64,000 nucleotides of DNA from Eledone cirrhosa (Eukaryota): NCBI GenBank assembly GCA_964016885.1, contig OZ024740.1:262012001-262076000 (forward strand), given 5' to 3'. Below are positions 12,836 to 26,015 of this stretch, one piece after another; within the stretch, counting starts at the first letter, position 1; the number at the start of each line of letters is the position of its first letter. A program made the translations under genes and the position numbers. Below the pieces are notes generated by a model, which saw nothing but the letters and a program-made list of their open reading frames with translations, was not told the DNA's origin and ran no database searches.

Positions 12836-15156
12836 GGCGGCGATGAATTTCTTTTGCGAGGTTTTTGTTATGAAATTGTGTGTTGAAACAAATATTGTTA
12901 TACTTGTGGAAGGTTATATTGTTGTAATAATATTGCCAGAAATAATAACAGAACACACTGACTGTTCGGTTGGTTTTTGCTTCTGTATCTTTTATATCTC
13001 CACAGTTAATTCATTTGGTGCTCAATGTTTATCATTGACTGACCAACGGTCAAAAATACAAATATAATATAGATATGAACACATATATATAGTCTAACAA
13101 AGTTCTTTCGTTGCACATCTGCAACATCATCAGTGGTACTATTATGTTCCTCCTGTTGTATTGTATGTCTACGCCATTTTTATTTTATCTGTTTATTTAT
13201 TTATTTATTTTTGTCTTCTTCTCTGCGCATGCGTTTGCGCGTGTGTATAGTGTTTGGTGTGTGTGTTTGGGTGACTGTGTTTTGGTTATTGTATTCTATC
13301 TTAGTTTACTAGTGTGTGTTTATATGTGTTTGTTGTTATTGTGTATATATTTATTTATTTATTTATTCATATTTCTCTTAAGTCAGTATTATTTGTTTGG
13401 GTATTGTTGTTATTCTATTCATTCTTTCTGTTTCGCTTTGGCCTTCTTGGTTCTATTTCGCTGGCCTCTCTGATTTGCCTATCTGCTGGGTCATTTTTAT
13501 GTTTAGATAATGTTTTAATTTCTATGCTGTCTATGTTACCGTCGTGTTGTTGTCTGGCGCGGTCGTATAGTACTGAACCGTTTTTTCGTCCTTTTAATTC
13601 CCCCAGTGTTGGTCTATCCTTTCACATATGCTACGAGCTGTCTCGCCTATATAACGCATTTTCTATTAGTACAGTGGCTTTTCTTAAAAGGTATGTTTTG
13701 CTGATCAGGGATTTTATGGTAGTTCTTGGCTTTTCTACCAATTTAATCTTTAAGTGGGTCTTTCTCAAGGCCTTTTTACACTGGTTAGCTAATTTCCCTC
13801 CAGGGGTAACGTCTACGAACATGACACTCTGGTATCTCTGGTTGTCGTACCATGAGGTGGCTTTCCCTATCTTATGTTTAGTCCTTTCTAAGCAATTCCC
13901 TGATTTGCTCCTGTATAATGTCCAGTTCTATGAGGGTCTTATACTTCTCCGTGGCTCCTTTGTATAGTCTAATTCTGTCTCTTTGGTTGTAGCCAGAGAA
14001 CTGCATGCGGCTGATGAAGTGTTGGATGTGTCTTTCAATTTCTGTTGGGTCGCACATGCGGGACACGTTCTTCATCACTCGTACCAAGTCTGTGATCAGA
14101 ATATTAAACTTAGCACTACTGGACATTGCTGAGTTTTTGAGTATCAGGTATTTAGAGGCCATGGGTTTAGCGTAGTGTGAGTGGAGAATTTGGTCCCTCT
14201 CGTCTATAGTGTTAATCCAGACTTCCGTGTCTAATACAGGTAGTCTATTGTTAGGGTGTTTGGAAGGGTAGTCGATAGTTACAGTTATACTCATATTTGT
14301 TAGTTCTCTTTTGTGGGGGTGTCCTTATTACTATATTAATGTCGTCTGCATAACGCGAGTACATGATGAGGTCTATGAAGGTCTCTTCAAGGAGATCTTT
14401 GAGTCTCCTTTCCCACCATACCATAAAAAGGTTGGCAACGTCACCAGCTATTCTGACGCCAATGGCTGCTCCCTCAGTTTGGGTGTAGATCTCTTCGTTG
14501 AATTAGAATATATGGCCCTTTAGGGTAGTTTTAATACTAGCCCCTATTTCATGCGCGACCATTTTTCTTACCTGATCATCGCTTTTGGGGGTCCGTATGG
14601 CTTTGGTCCACCCAATCCACCTTCCCATGGGAGTCTTTTCTGCTGATGCTCATGGCTCCACTGGGACAGAAACGCGCAAGGTCAAGGCTGTCTAGGTACT
14701 CGGTGTCATAGCTAAGTCGAAGCAGGAGGCCTAGTTCATCCGTGGTTATGGTGGGGTCTACCTCTATTGGGTCTACTGGGGCAGAAACGTCAAGGTCATG
14801 GCTGCCTTGGTAGTCAGTGTCATAGGTAAGTCTAAGTAGGAGCCCCAGTTTGTCTGTGTCGACGTCGCAGAACCCCACCTCACTCTCAATGATCATCACA
14901 CATTTTCCACAGCAAAATCAAAGCCAATGGATGGCTACAGTGATACCACATGCAGGCTGCCTATTATGCAGTTAGATAGGTTTTTGTTTTGTTGCATTCA
15001 TTGATTCTGCTGAGGAGGTTCACTGTACTGTCACATACATCTGGGGACATCTTCATTATGGGGCGTATAACCATTGAGAGGAAGTGGGAGATCCTGTAGT
15101 TGCTAGCGATATTGGCTCCGCATACAGGTCTTGTTGGTGGTCCTGTTGTCGGATAT
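12836..15156 (-). mobile_element. Decayed Penelope-like element, sister of 18896-21850, opposite orientation
   Basis: ORF pieces 14964-15167, 14576-14899, 13878-14294 and 13631-13822 are near-identical to the 733-aa ORF; shared 3' UTR; frameshifts and deletions. Confidence 0.92.
13097..13137 (-). ncRNA. Hammerhead-like motif in PLE 3' pLTR
   Basis: CTGATGA-t-gttgca-gatg-tgcaac-GAAAGAACTT; weak stem I. Confidence 0.55.
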
Positions 15157-15174
15157 ATAGAGAGCAAATATTTA

Positions 15175-15300
15175 TTATTAGTACATATTAGTATTTAAGC
15201 AATGAATCGCTGCTTTCACCCTATTACGGGATCTTCAGAATATCCCTTAATAGGGTGAAAGCAGCGATTCTTTGCTTAAATTTTAATCTGTACTAATGAT
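15175..15300. repeat. ~125-bp fold-back palindrome with hammerhead-like half
   Basis: Minus strand CTGAAGA-t-ccc-gtaata-ggg-t-GAAAGC; mirrored on plus strand. Confidence 0.8.
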
Positions 15301-15642
15301 ATATATATATACAAATTATTCTAGTCAAAGAACGCCGGTTCGTTAATAACCGACCGACTGTAGTGTCAACAGACGTGAGGACACCGCGACGTTTTACCCG
15401 TAAGCTATTAACTATAAGGTATCAGACGGAGTATCAATATTATAAAGAAGTGAGATGTATACATCCTCTGTTTATTATATAACCCTGTCATAGCATAACC
15501 ACAGGATGTATACATAAATTCGTCACTCTTCTTAGATTAGATGCAGCTACACTCTTGTCCAAACAATCCATAATTCTCTCAATTCTCCACTATAATAGAG
15601 AAATAATAATGATTTCTAGTATTCATAATAATAGAGAAATAT

Positions 15643-15830
15643 TTGTTTCTACTATTGGCCCAAGGCCAGAAATTACTCAGTACATTACTGGTACTTTATT
15701 TTATCGACCCCGTAAGGATGAAAGGCAAAATTAACCTCGGCGGGATTTGAACTCAGAATGGCAAGGGCCGTAACTCTATGCGTCAAATCATGGTGTCCGA
15801 CTCTCTACCAATACTGCCAATTCCCCGCCT
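15643..15830 (-). mobile_element. SINE with TSD taatagagaaata
   Basis: Family match; flanking direct repeat. Confidence 0.85.
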
Positions 15831-15881
15831 TTAATAGAGAAATAATAATGATAACAAATGACATTAACAACCAAATGAAAA

Positions 15882-16100
15882 GGGCGTTGGATTGGCTGTA
15901 TCGGTAGGGCGTCGGACAACATCTTTGTTGCTTATAGTTACGTTCCTTTACGTTCTGAGTTGAAATCCCGCCAAAGTTAGCTTTACGCTTCCTCTTTATG
16001 GGGTCGATAAAATAAAGTACAACTAACGAATTGGGGTCAATTTAATCGATATTCCCCTCCTCCAAAATTGCTGATCTTGTGCCTAAATCTGAACTCATTA
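15882..16100 (+). mobile_element. Older SINE subfamily copy
   Basis: gggcgttggattggc...gagttgaaatcccgcc...ggggtcgataaaataaagtac. Confidence 0.75.
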
Positions 16101-16641
16101 TAATCCATATGAAAACTGGGTATTTGCAGAATTACTACAAAGCCGGATAAATTACCTTGTAGTATTTAGTTGGTCCATTTGTGTTTTGGATTCAAATCTC
16201 TCTGGGATTAAATTAACATTTTATAGTCCTCGGGTATATGAAATAAGTACTTGTCAAATACTGAAGTAAATTATAAGTAAAAATATGTGACCTTGTTTCT
16301 ATATTAGAAATAATTATTTCTAGCATAGGCATAAGATTAATAATTATTATTATTTATCATGAGTCAGAATGTAAAGCTATGTATTTCTATATCAAGAAAG
16401 CCTTATAAATGACATGTCATAGAAAAAAGAAAATTATATAAAAGAGAAGAATCAAACCCTCGAAATATATGAAACAAATTCAATTTTCTTTTCCTCCTCG
16501 GCTTGTTTTAAAATTGAACTGTAGGGCACATCTTCAGCAATGCTAAATATCAAATGTGAACAGCAGCAGAAGTAGCAGCAATAACAGCATCACAAATAGG
16601 TATGAGTATGTGTATATGTAAATACACACAGACACACACAG

Positions 16642-16749
<108 letters not shown>

Positions 16750-16956
16750 GTGTGTCTGTGTGTGAGTGTGTGTATATGTGTGTGTGTACACAACGTGTAA
16801 AAAATCATAGCTGGTTTTCGAATAGACATGTTAAGATGGTATTTTACTTATGGGATATTCTGTATATACACAAGGATATGTATAAACCCGTATATATATA
16901 TATGTATTTATACATCTATACATATGTGTATGCGTGTGTGTTATATATATTTGTAT

Positions 16957-17048
<92 letters not shown>

Positions 17049-17453
17049 TTGGATGTGTGTTTGTGTGTGTGTGTATGCATGTATGGTGTTTTCTTTACAT
17101 ACTAGACTCTAGCTCTAACGCTACAACATTGAACATTGATAATTTTGTTAAAATTCGTAAAATCTTAAGAACAAAATTTCATGTATCCTGCAGGATTTTG
17201 GATGATTCATGAGACATAAAAAAGACCCAAACAAAAACAACTAAATACAATCAAACAAAACAGAACCAAAAATACCATTATGGAATGAAACAGAGACATG
17301 AAGAAACGTAAAAATAAAAGAAAAACCTATAGAAAGATAAAAACATTAGAATTTGAGGGGGAAGGTAGCGTTTTATAGTGTAGTATTGAGAGAAGGGCTT
17401 TGTTGGAGATAGTTACAAAAAGGAAAATATTTTCTTTCCCCCACTTCGTTTTT

Positions 17454-17454
17454 G

Positions 17455-17523
<69 letters not shown>

Positions 17524-17580
17524 GGTTGTAGTTGTTGTTCTTGTAATCATCTTCATCATCATCATCATCACCGTCATGTC

Positions 17581-17625
<45 letters not shown>

Positions 17626-17912
17626 CAACAGCAGCAACTCTCATCAACAACCACCTCCTCCACCTCCTCCCCCTCTTCCTCCTCCTCCACATCATCATCA
17701 CCACCACCACCACCATCATCACCACCATCATCATCATCATCATCATCATCGCTATCACAATAATGATCATCATCATCACCATCACTACCAACGCCACTCT
17801 CCTCCTCCTCCTCCTCCTCCTCCTCCTCCTCCTCCTCCTCCTCCTCCTCCACATCATAATCATCATCATCATCATCATCACCATCATCAACAACAACAGC
17901 AGTAGCAACAAC
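17454..17912. repeat. Compound trinucleotide microsatellite (TAC)(CAT)(CAG)(CCT)(CAC)
   Basis: Direct observation. Confidence 0.95.
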
Positions 17913-18086
17913 ATAGTTTGTATATTTAGTTCCCCGTAGGATATCGAGTAAAAATGCAATATAATATTAACAAGACGTTAGAGGGTATACTTTTAAGATA
18001 AAGCCAAGTTTAACTAACACACACATACATGTGAACACACACCTGTACATACACCCGTGTACACACACATCCATACACACACACAG

Positions 18087-18188
<102 letters not shown>

Positions 18189-18214
18189 ATATATATATAC
18201 ATATATGTGCATAA

Positions 18215-18245
<31 letters not shown>

Positions 18246-18973
18246 ATACGTATGTATGAATGTGTGTATGTATCTCTCCCGTAATGCAAATATATATACG
18301 CGTACTCGCAATCATATATCCACACAAACACCCACAAACACCCACACGCACGCACACACACACACGCGCACGCACGCACGCACACACATACACACACACA
18401 TACACACACACTCACTAACAAAGGAATAAATATAGAGTAAAAATAAATATATATAAAGTAAAAAAGAAAATAGAGAATATAATAGGAAAGTATTTAAAAC
18501 GGGAAGAAGCAGAACTTTATACGTTCGCTATCAGAACCTTTGGGGTTGAAGGCAGAAACTGCTTAGTTGGACTAGGGCAGAGTATCTGTATGATAAAAGC
18601 TATAGGAATACATTGAGGAATTCATTTCAATGTCAATTTTCCCCAAAGTCTGCCCGAAGAATCTTCAATAAATGTATGGCGAGTTTCAAAATTCCATTTA
18701 ATCATCTTTCAAAACATTCCCATTGAGATTGAATTTTGTTAGACTATTTTGCCTACATAGACAAATAAAAAATAAAAATAAATACACACACACACGCGCA
18801 CACACACACACACTCAAACTCACACACATATATATATAAATATATATATATAAATATAAATATATATATATGTGTGTGTGTGTGTATATATATATTGGGT
18901 TGGTTTTCGCTTCTGATATAATGACAACTTCTTAGAGAAACTATTCTTCAATCCAGCTGACAAAACATATAAG

Positions 18974-21275
18974 ATGGGTAATATCTATCCTACGAGGTTA
19001 CTCTTTAATAAAAGGGTTTGTATACCACAACAAATAGATGACGAGACAGAGGCACAGTTCACCATAGCTAGAAATAAGATTAGACAAATAGTAGACCGGT
19101 ATACTAAGAGACAAAGCATACCAGAGGTCCAACAACTTGGGAGGAAACCTGTAGAAGGCTTGGTTAGTCTCAAGCAGCGCACAAGGGATAGTGAGGTAGT
19201 ATGTCTACCTACGGATAAGTCTGGGAGGATGTCAATAGACAGCATGCCGAACTACATCAAGGCTATGCAACCCCACATCACCAACACGAGCAAAATTACA
19301 CAGCAAATAAATGAGGGGAGAGAGAAAATCCTCAACGCTCACATGATGATAAGGACCGACATCCTAAAGCCAAGCAGACGCACTACCAACAACTTCCAGG
19401 CGTCTAACAATGGCATACCACCCTTGTATGGGCTCGCAAAGACCATAAGACAGTCGACGATCCGACAACAGGACCACCAACGAAGACCTGTATGCGGAGC
19501 CAATATAGCTAGCAACTACAGGATCTCCTACTTCCTCTCAATGGTTATACGCCCCATAATCAAGGTGTCCCCAGATGTATGTGACAGTACAGAGGACCAC
19601 CTCAGCAGAATCAGTGAGTGCAACAAAAACAAAAACCTATCCAAGTGCATAATAGGCAATATGGATGTGTTATCACTGTACCCATCCATTAACATTGATT
19701 TTTCTGTGGAAAAATGTGTGGAGATGATCATTGAGAGTGAGGTGGAGTTCTGCGACGTCAACACAGACAAACTGGGCCTCCTACGTAGACTTACCTATGA
19801 CACTGACTCCCTAGAGAGCCATGACCTTAAATGTTTCTGTCCCAGTAGACCCATAAGAGGTAGACCCTCCACCATAACCTCAATGGCAAAAAAGACTCCC
19901 ATGGGAAGGTGGATTGGGTGGACCAAAGCTATACGGAATGATCAGGTAAGAAAAATGGTCGCACATGCAATAGGGGCTAGTATCAAAACTACCCTAAAGG
20001 ACCACATATTCAAATTCAACGAGAAGATCTACACCCAAAATGAGGGAGCAGCCATTGGCGTCAGCATAGCTGGTGACGTTGCCAGCCTTTTTATGGTATG
20101 GTGGGAAAGGAGACTCAAATATCTCCTTGATGAGAGCACCATAAACCTCATGATGTACTCTCCTTATGTAGACGACATCAATATAGTAATAAGGACTACC
20201 CCAAAAGAGAGTACTAACAAGTTTGATTTAGAACGTAGCACAATGGAAAGCATCCAGCAGATAGCAAATTCCATACACCAGAGTATAACTGTAACTATCG
20301 ACTACCCTTCCAAACACCCTAGCAATAGACTACCTGCATTAGACACGGAACTCTGGACTAACACTATAGACGAGAAAGTCCAAATTCTTCACTCACACTA
20401 CGCTAAACCCATGACCTCCAAATACCTGATACTCAAAAACTCAGCAATGTCCAGTAGTACTAAGTTTAATATTCTGATCGCAGACTTGGTACGAGTGATG
20501 AAGAACGTGTCCAGCATGTGCGACCCAACAGAAATGGAAAAACACATCCAACACTTCATCAACCGCATGAAGTTCTCTGGCTACAACCAAGGAGACAGAA
20601 TCAGAGTATACGAAGGAGCCACGGAGAAGTATAAGACCCTAATAGAACTGGACATGAAAGGAATTTGCCCATTATACAGGAGCAAATCATGGAATAGCTT
20701 AGATAGGACTAGACATAAGATAGGGAAAGCCACCTCATGGTACGACAACCAGAGATACCAGAGTGTCATGTTTGTGGACGCTACCCCTGGAGGGAAATTA
20801 GCTAACAAGTGTAAAAAGGCCCCGATAAAGACCCACTTAAAGATTAAGGTGGTAGAAAAGCCAATAACCACCATAAAATCCCTGATCAGCAAAACCTACC
20901 TTCTTAAGAAAACCCACTGTACTAATAGGAAATGTATTATATGTAAAGTAAACCCCCGGATAAACTGTAAGACTAGAAACGTAGTCTATAGCATAAGATG
21001 TACAGAGGGTACTTGCAGAAACATGACAACAACATACATAGACGAGACGGCTCGTAGCATAGGTGAAAGGATAGACCAACACTGGGGGGAACTAAAAGGA
21101 CGAAAAAACGGTTCAGTACTATACGAACATGCCAGACAACAACACGACGGTAACATAGAAAACATAGAAATTTAAATAATATCTAAACATAGAAATGACC
21201 CAGCAGATAGGCAAATCAGAGAGGCCAGCGAAATAGAACTTAGAAGGCCAAGGCTAAACAGAAAAAATGAATGAA
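18974..21275 (+). pseudogene. PLE reverse transcriptase + GIY-YIG endonuclease
   Basis: PTDKSG, RPVCG, MDVLSLYPSI, QNEGAAIG, YVDD, Cys-rich linker CTNRKCIIC, VVYSIRC...YIDETARSIGERIDQH (YIG>YID); premature TAA at 21173 with the frame continuing RQIREASEIELRRPRLNRKNE. Confidence 0.92.
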
Positions 21276-21561
21276 ATAACAACAACACCCAAACAAATAA
21301 TACTGACCTAAGATAAGTATAAATAAATAAAATAAAAATAATAAATAAATAAATAAATACATACACTAGCACAATAACAACAAACACATAAACACACACT
21401 AGTAAACTAAGATAGAATACAATAACCAATACACAGTCACTCAAATACAATACACACACGCAAACGCATGCGCAGAGAAGAAGGCAAAAATAAATAAATA
21501 AATAAACAGACTAAATAAAGATGGCGTAGGCATACAATACAACAGGAGGAAACATAATAGC

Positions 21562-21604
21562 ACCACTGACGATGTAGCAGATGTGCAACGAAATAATTTT
21601 GTTA
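21562..21604 (+). ncRNA. Hammerhead-like motif (degenerate) in PLE 3' pLTR
   Basis: CTGACGA-tgtagca-gatg-tgcaac-GAAAtaattt; homologous to 13097-13137. Confidence 0.45.
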
Positions 21605-21858
21605 GACTCTATATATGTGTTTGTGTCTATATTGTATCTGTATTTTTGACCATTGGTCAGTCAATGGTAACATTGAGGACCGAATAAATTAAATTAACCG
21701 ATATAAAAGACACAGAAGCGAAAACCAACCAAAGAGTGAATGTGCTCTGTTATTAATTCTGGCAATATTATCACACAAATATGACCCCCTCCCCAAGTAT
21801 AACAATATTTGTTTCGACACACAATTTCATATGAAAAACCTTGCAAAACTAATATATA

Positions 21859-21964
<106 letters not shown>

Positions 21965-22179
21965 TATATACATATATATATATATAAATATATATATATA
22001 TTATAGCTTTCACCGTATTTTTTACTAAAGAAATTTTAGCCTGATAATGGCGTTTAGAACCCTCAGATAAATGGAAAAAGATGAGTATTGACGTAATTTC
22101 TTTAGTCAAAAATACGGTGAAATCTATTCTATTTTCTAATTTCAAACCTGCTCACTGTTTCAAAACATATTTACATGCC

Positions 22180-22316
<137 letters not shown>

Positions 22317-22352
22317 TATATATATATATATATATAAATATATACATATATG

Positions 22353-22384
<32 letters not shown>

Positions 22385-22386
22385 AT

Positions 22387-22429
<43 letters not shown>

Positions 22430-22603
22430 AGGAGGTGAGTTTTGTTGTAGCACAATAAAGCAATGCAAATATCAGATAAGTAGCACTCAACAGTTTATAG
22501 GACTGGAGTATAAATAATATAAGATATATGTATATATAGGATATGTGTTGATTTAACACTTCACTGCTCGCAAGTGTTTTTTAAGTTTCATATCATGTCT
22601 CCC

Positions 22604-22674
22604 TATTTTATCTGATGAGAACGCAAATATCACCCCGCGATGATATCTGTTTTTGAAATGCGCATAATGAAATA
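22604..22674 (+). ncRNA. Type I hammerhead ribozyme
   Basis: tattttat-CTGATGA-stem II (atatca/tgatat)-GAAATGCGCATA-atgaaata; 8-bp stem I, palindromic stem III. Confidence 0.8.
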
Positions 22675-22704
22675 CTTGGAACTCTTTTAACCATCTTTTG
22701 ATCT

Positions 22705-22750
<46 letters not shown>

Positions 22751-22808
22751 GAAAATATATACTATGGAATACTGTTCGCTTCTTGCTACAATAATTTCTA
22801 TACTTTTC

Positions 22809-22864
<56 letters not shown>

Positions 22865-22980
22865 GATTATATACGTATTCAAAAGAAATCCCCAATAGCT
22901 TAAGGATTATGTATGGTCGACTCTGTATGATGTAGTTTCAATTGTATACAGCGAACTACCGATACAAATACAGAACACTT

Positions 22981-23098
<118 letters not shown>

Positions 23099-24689
23099 AA
23101 CATGTTTGTGTGTATATCTATATATATGGGAGTAGTAGTATATAAACATTTATTATATTTCTTACGCACAAATGTATTTCTTCTAGGTGAAAATGTGTTA
23201 TTAGACAACCTTCAATGATTTTACCTTAGAAATATGAGGTAGGCAATAAAATAGTGTAAGATTGTTTACAAATATTTTGTTTGTTTCTCTAATCTTACCA
23301 CCAAAGCCATCTTTGATTTAGATTACATTCCCTTGGTGTTTATCCGGTGCGGAAAGTTTTCGCTGCCACACGGTACCGAATCGGTTTCAATTTTGGCTTC
23401 GGCAAACATAACTCATCTTTAGAGGGAGTTGCTACGTGGATAGTCAATTCAGAAGTAATAGCTAAACATCCCTTGTTTTAAATACATTGTATAACGTTGT
23501 CCTTGATACTATCGAGATGAGTACGTCTAGAAAGCCTTTGATCATAAGTGTGCTTGATCAGAGCTGACTTGGAGCTACACGATAAACCACCAAACTTGAT
23601 GTTTACGAGACAACGAGAAAGTCTTTACGTAATTGTTAGATCTGTTAAAGATAGCAAGCAAATCATCTCTCTCAAGTTAGGTCTTGCTCCTCTGATATCC
23701 CAGGGAAAAATATTGCATTATTTAATACCATTTGTATAAAACATGAAATGGTCATAGGCACGAAATCCCAGATTTGATAAATCATAGCAGACCTACAGTT
23801 TCAAATCCCTCCGCCAAAACAGAAAAAAAAGAACCCCTAAAAAACAGTTCTTATATTTGAAATCATTATTATAAAATGTAGCTGTTATTTTGATGTAATA
23901 AGAATTTACAAAATCTAAACAATAATAAAGTAAGGAGTGCGTGACCGCGTACGGTTTATTTTTTTAAATCCAGTTAGTAAACTAAGTTGGATTACTTTGA
24001 ATAAATGATGAATGAATATTACATAATTTATGTACTAAATTTCGTAATTTTTTTATTAAATTTAATATAATTTCATTGCGAATTTAAAATTGACCTCTTT
24101 TCAAAGTTTCAAATTTCTACTTATCCGGTATATCGTCGCCACCACCACCACTTCAACTACCATATATATATATATAGAAAAAGAGAGTGTGTGGTGAGAG
24201 AGATACAGATAGAGTGATTATGATTTTCTACACGCTTTTGCGTATGTGTGTGTATGTGAAAATACATACATACATCTATATGTATGAGTACATAACTATA
24301 ATCGCGCAAACACAAAGTTATAAAAATACACGCTCACGGACATACATTCACACAAATACACATACTTTCACACATATACATTTACACAAACACACATTCA
24401 CACATACATTTACACAAACACACACATACAGTCGTCATAGCAGCGTTCGATGAATTGGAAATGGGAGGGTAAAACAAGTATAACGTTTTATTTATTTATT
24501 AACACAGTTTAACTCGTTTTTTAAAAACTTATTTGTATATAAATTTTATATAATGGTTACAGAACGAAAACACTAACAAATATAATATATACAAAGGAAA
24601 GTGAAAGGAAAAAAAGAAAGAGAAAGAATACACAAGCGCGTAATACACATAGAACAATATGTAAGCGAAAGAGTGGAAAAACGAGACGC

Positions 24690-25185
24690 TACCAGAGCAA
24701 AAGATATCAATATAGCGTGGAGCACTGGGAAACCTCTCTAATAAATTTTGAGGCAAGCCAGCACGCCCGCAGCGTTAACCGGGGTGATGGCGAGGCTGAG
24801 GTGCTGGAAAAACGAAGTGCCCTCACGAGCATCACCAGTTACCTCTGTTTGGCGAGCCGCCAGTGAAGATAAGAACCTCGCTGTCAGTAGCCCGACTCCC
24901 CCAAACGTCTCGAATGCCACAGGCTGGATAATTTAGCTAACTGACAGAAAACGGTATTTTAGGATTTTGTTCCGTTCAGCTGCGGATGCTGTAGCTCTCG
25001 CCCTTACCGCTGCAACCAGGATGTGGGAAGAAGCAAAAGAGTCACTAACTGTGACGTCCCAGGTAAGGCACCTGCCTCTTGACCAAGAGCACAAAGCAAG
25101 ACCGTCAAGTCTTTTCCCATCAATTCTGGACAACTCAGACGGTTTCAAAATTGAGGGGATGTTTGCCCAGCCCAAAGCTCTTAAG
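24690..25185 (-). mobile_element. CRE-clade non-LTR retrotransposon 3' fragment (restriction-like endonuclease)
   Basis: GKRLDG..SWSRGRCLTWDVTVSD...AAERNKILKY then AFETFGGVG...FFQHLSLAI. Confidence 0.8.
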
Positions 25186-25339
25186 TGGTAATAGGACAGT
25201 GTGTGTATGTGCGCGCGCGTGATTTTGTCGGCGTTCAGAAATTAGAGACACGTGTGTGTGTCACTGTTTTAAAGTTAGAGACATATATGTGTATCCCTTT
25301 CCTTCCTTTTACACACACATACATTCACACAAACACATT

Positions 25340-26015
25340 GTGTGGTGGACGGGTGGACAGAAGTCCCTCAAATTTCTATACATGTGAATGGAGTTCTACT
25401 GAAGCAGTTAGAGAAGTTCAAGTATCTTGGAGCCGTGTTCATGAGTGATGGAAAGCAGGAGGCTGAATTAAGTGCAAGAATTGCAAAAGCTGATGTTTTA
25501 AAGCGCCAGCCTCAGCATTCAGCAACCAGAAGAAGGGGGTAGGTGTAAAAGCCAAACTCGCTGTCTTCCTGGTATTCCTGCCAACTCTTACCGAGGATCA
25601 TGAATCTTGAGTAATGACCAAAAGAATACAATTGCAAATAAAACGGGCAGAAATGGGATTCCTCCGAAGGGTCTTTAGAGTAACGTTACTCGATAAAGTG
25701 CATAACTCAGAGACCAGAGAGCCGTTACTTCTCCGAATTGAAAGATCACAACTCCGATATTATTAGCATGTGGTTAGAATGTCTCAGTAAAGAATCGCTG
25801 GATACATTTTACAGGCAAAACCAACCGGCAAGAGACCCAGAGGTAGACCTGAGCAAGATAGTTGGGTAACATCCATGAGTTTGGCTGGTCACGCTTTGGG
25901 ATCCAGCTGGATCAGTTAGAGATGTTTGCTACTGACAGACTCGCTGGAAGGAGTGTTTGAGAAGGACTCTGCCCCCACGACCCTCTCAGAAATAAGTGGG
26001 CGATGAAGATGAAGA
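25340..26015 (+). mobile_element. RTE-clade LINE 3' fragment
   Basis: VNGVLLKQLEKFKYLGAVFMSDGKQEAELSARIAKA, later AEMGFLRRV-like and GKRPRGRP motifs; (GATGAA) tail. Confidence 0.85.

Larger units (their letters stand above)
18896..21850 (+). mobile_element. Penelope-like retroelement (Neptune-type), 5'-truncated, flanked by (TA)n
   Basis: RT + GIY-YIG ORF, 3' hammerhead motif, and an inverted pLTR fragment at the 5' end. Confidence 0.92.

Noticed and set aside
15384-15430. Hammerhead-like motif on the minus strand (CTGATAcc...AAAACGTC)
   Set aside because: Both core boxes mutated; at best a dead relic
17327-17959. Poly-Q/P/H/S ORFs resembling a transcription-factor low-complexity region
   Set aside because: Compound trinucleotide microsatellite open in several frames on both strands, with no unique coding flank or splice context
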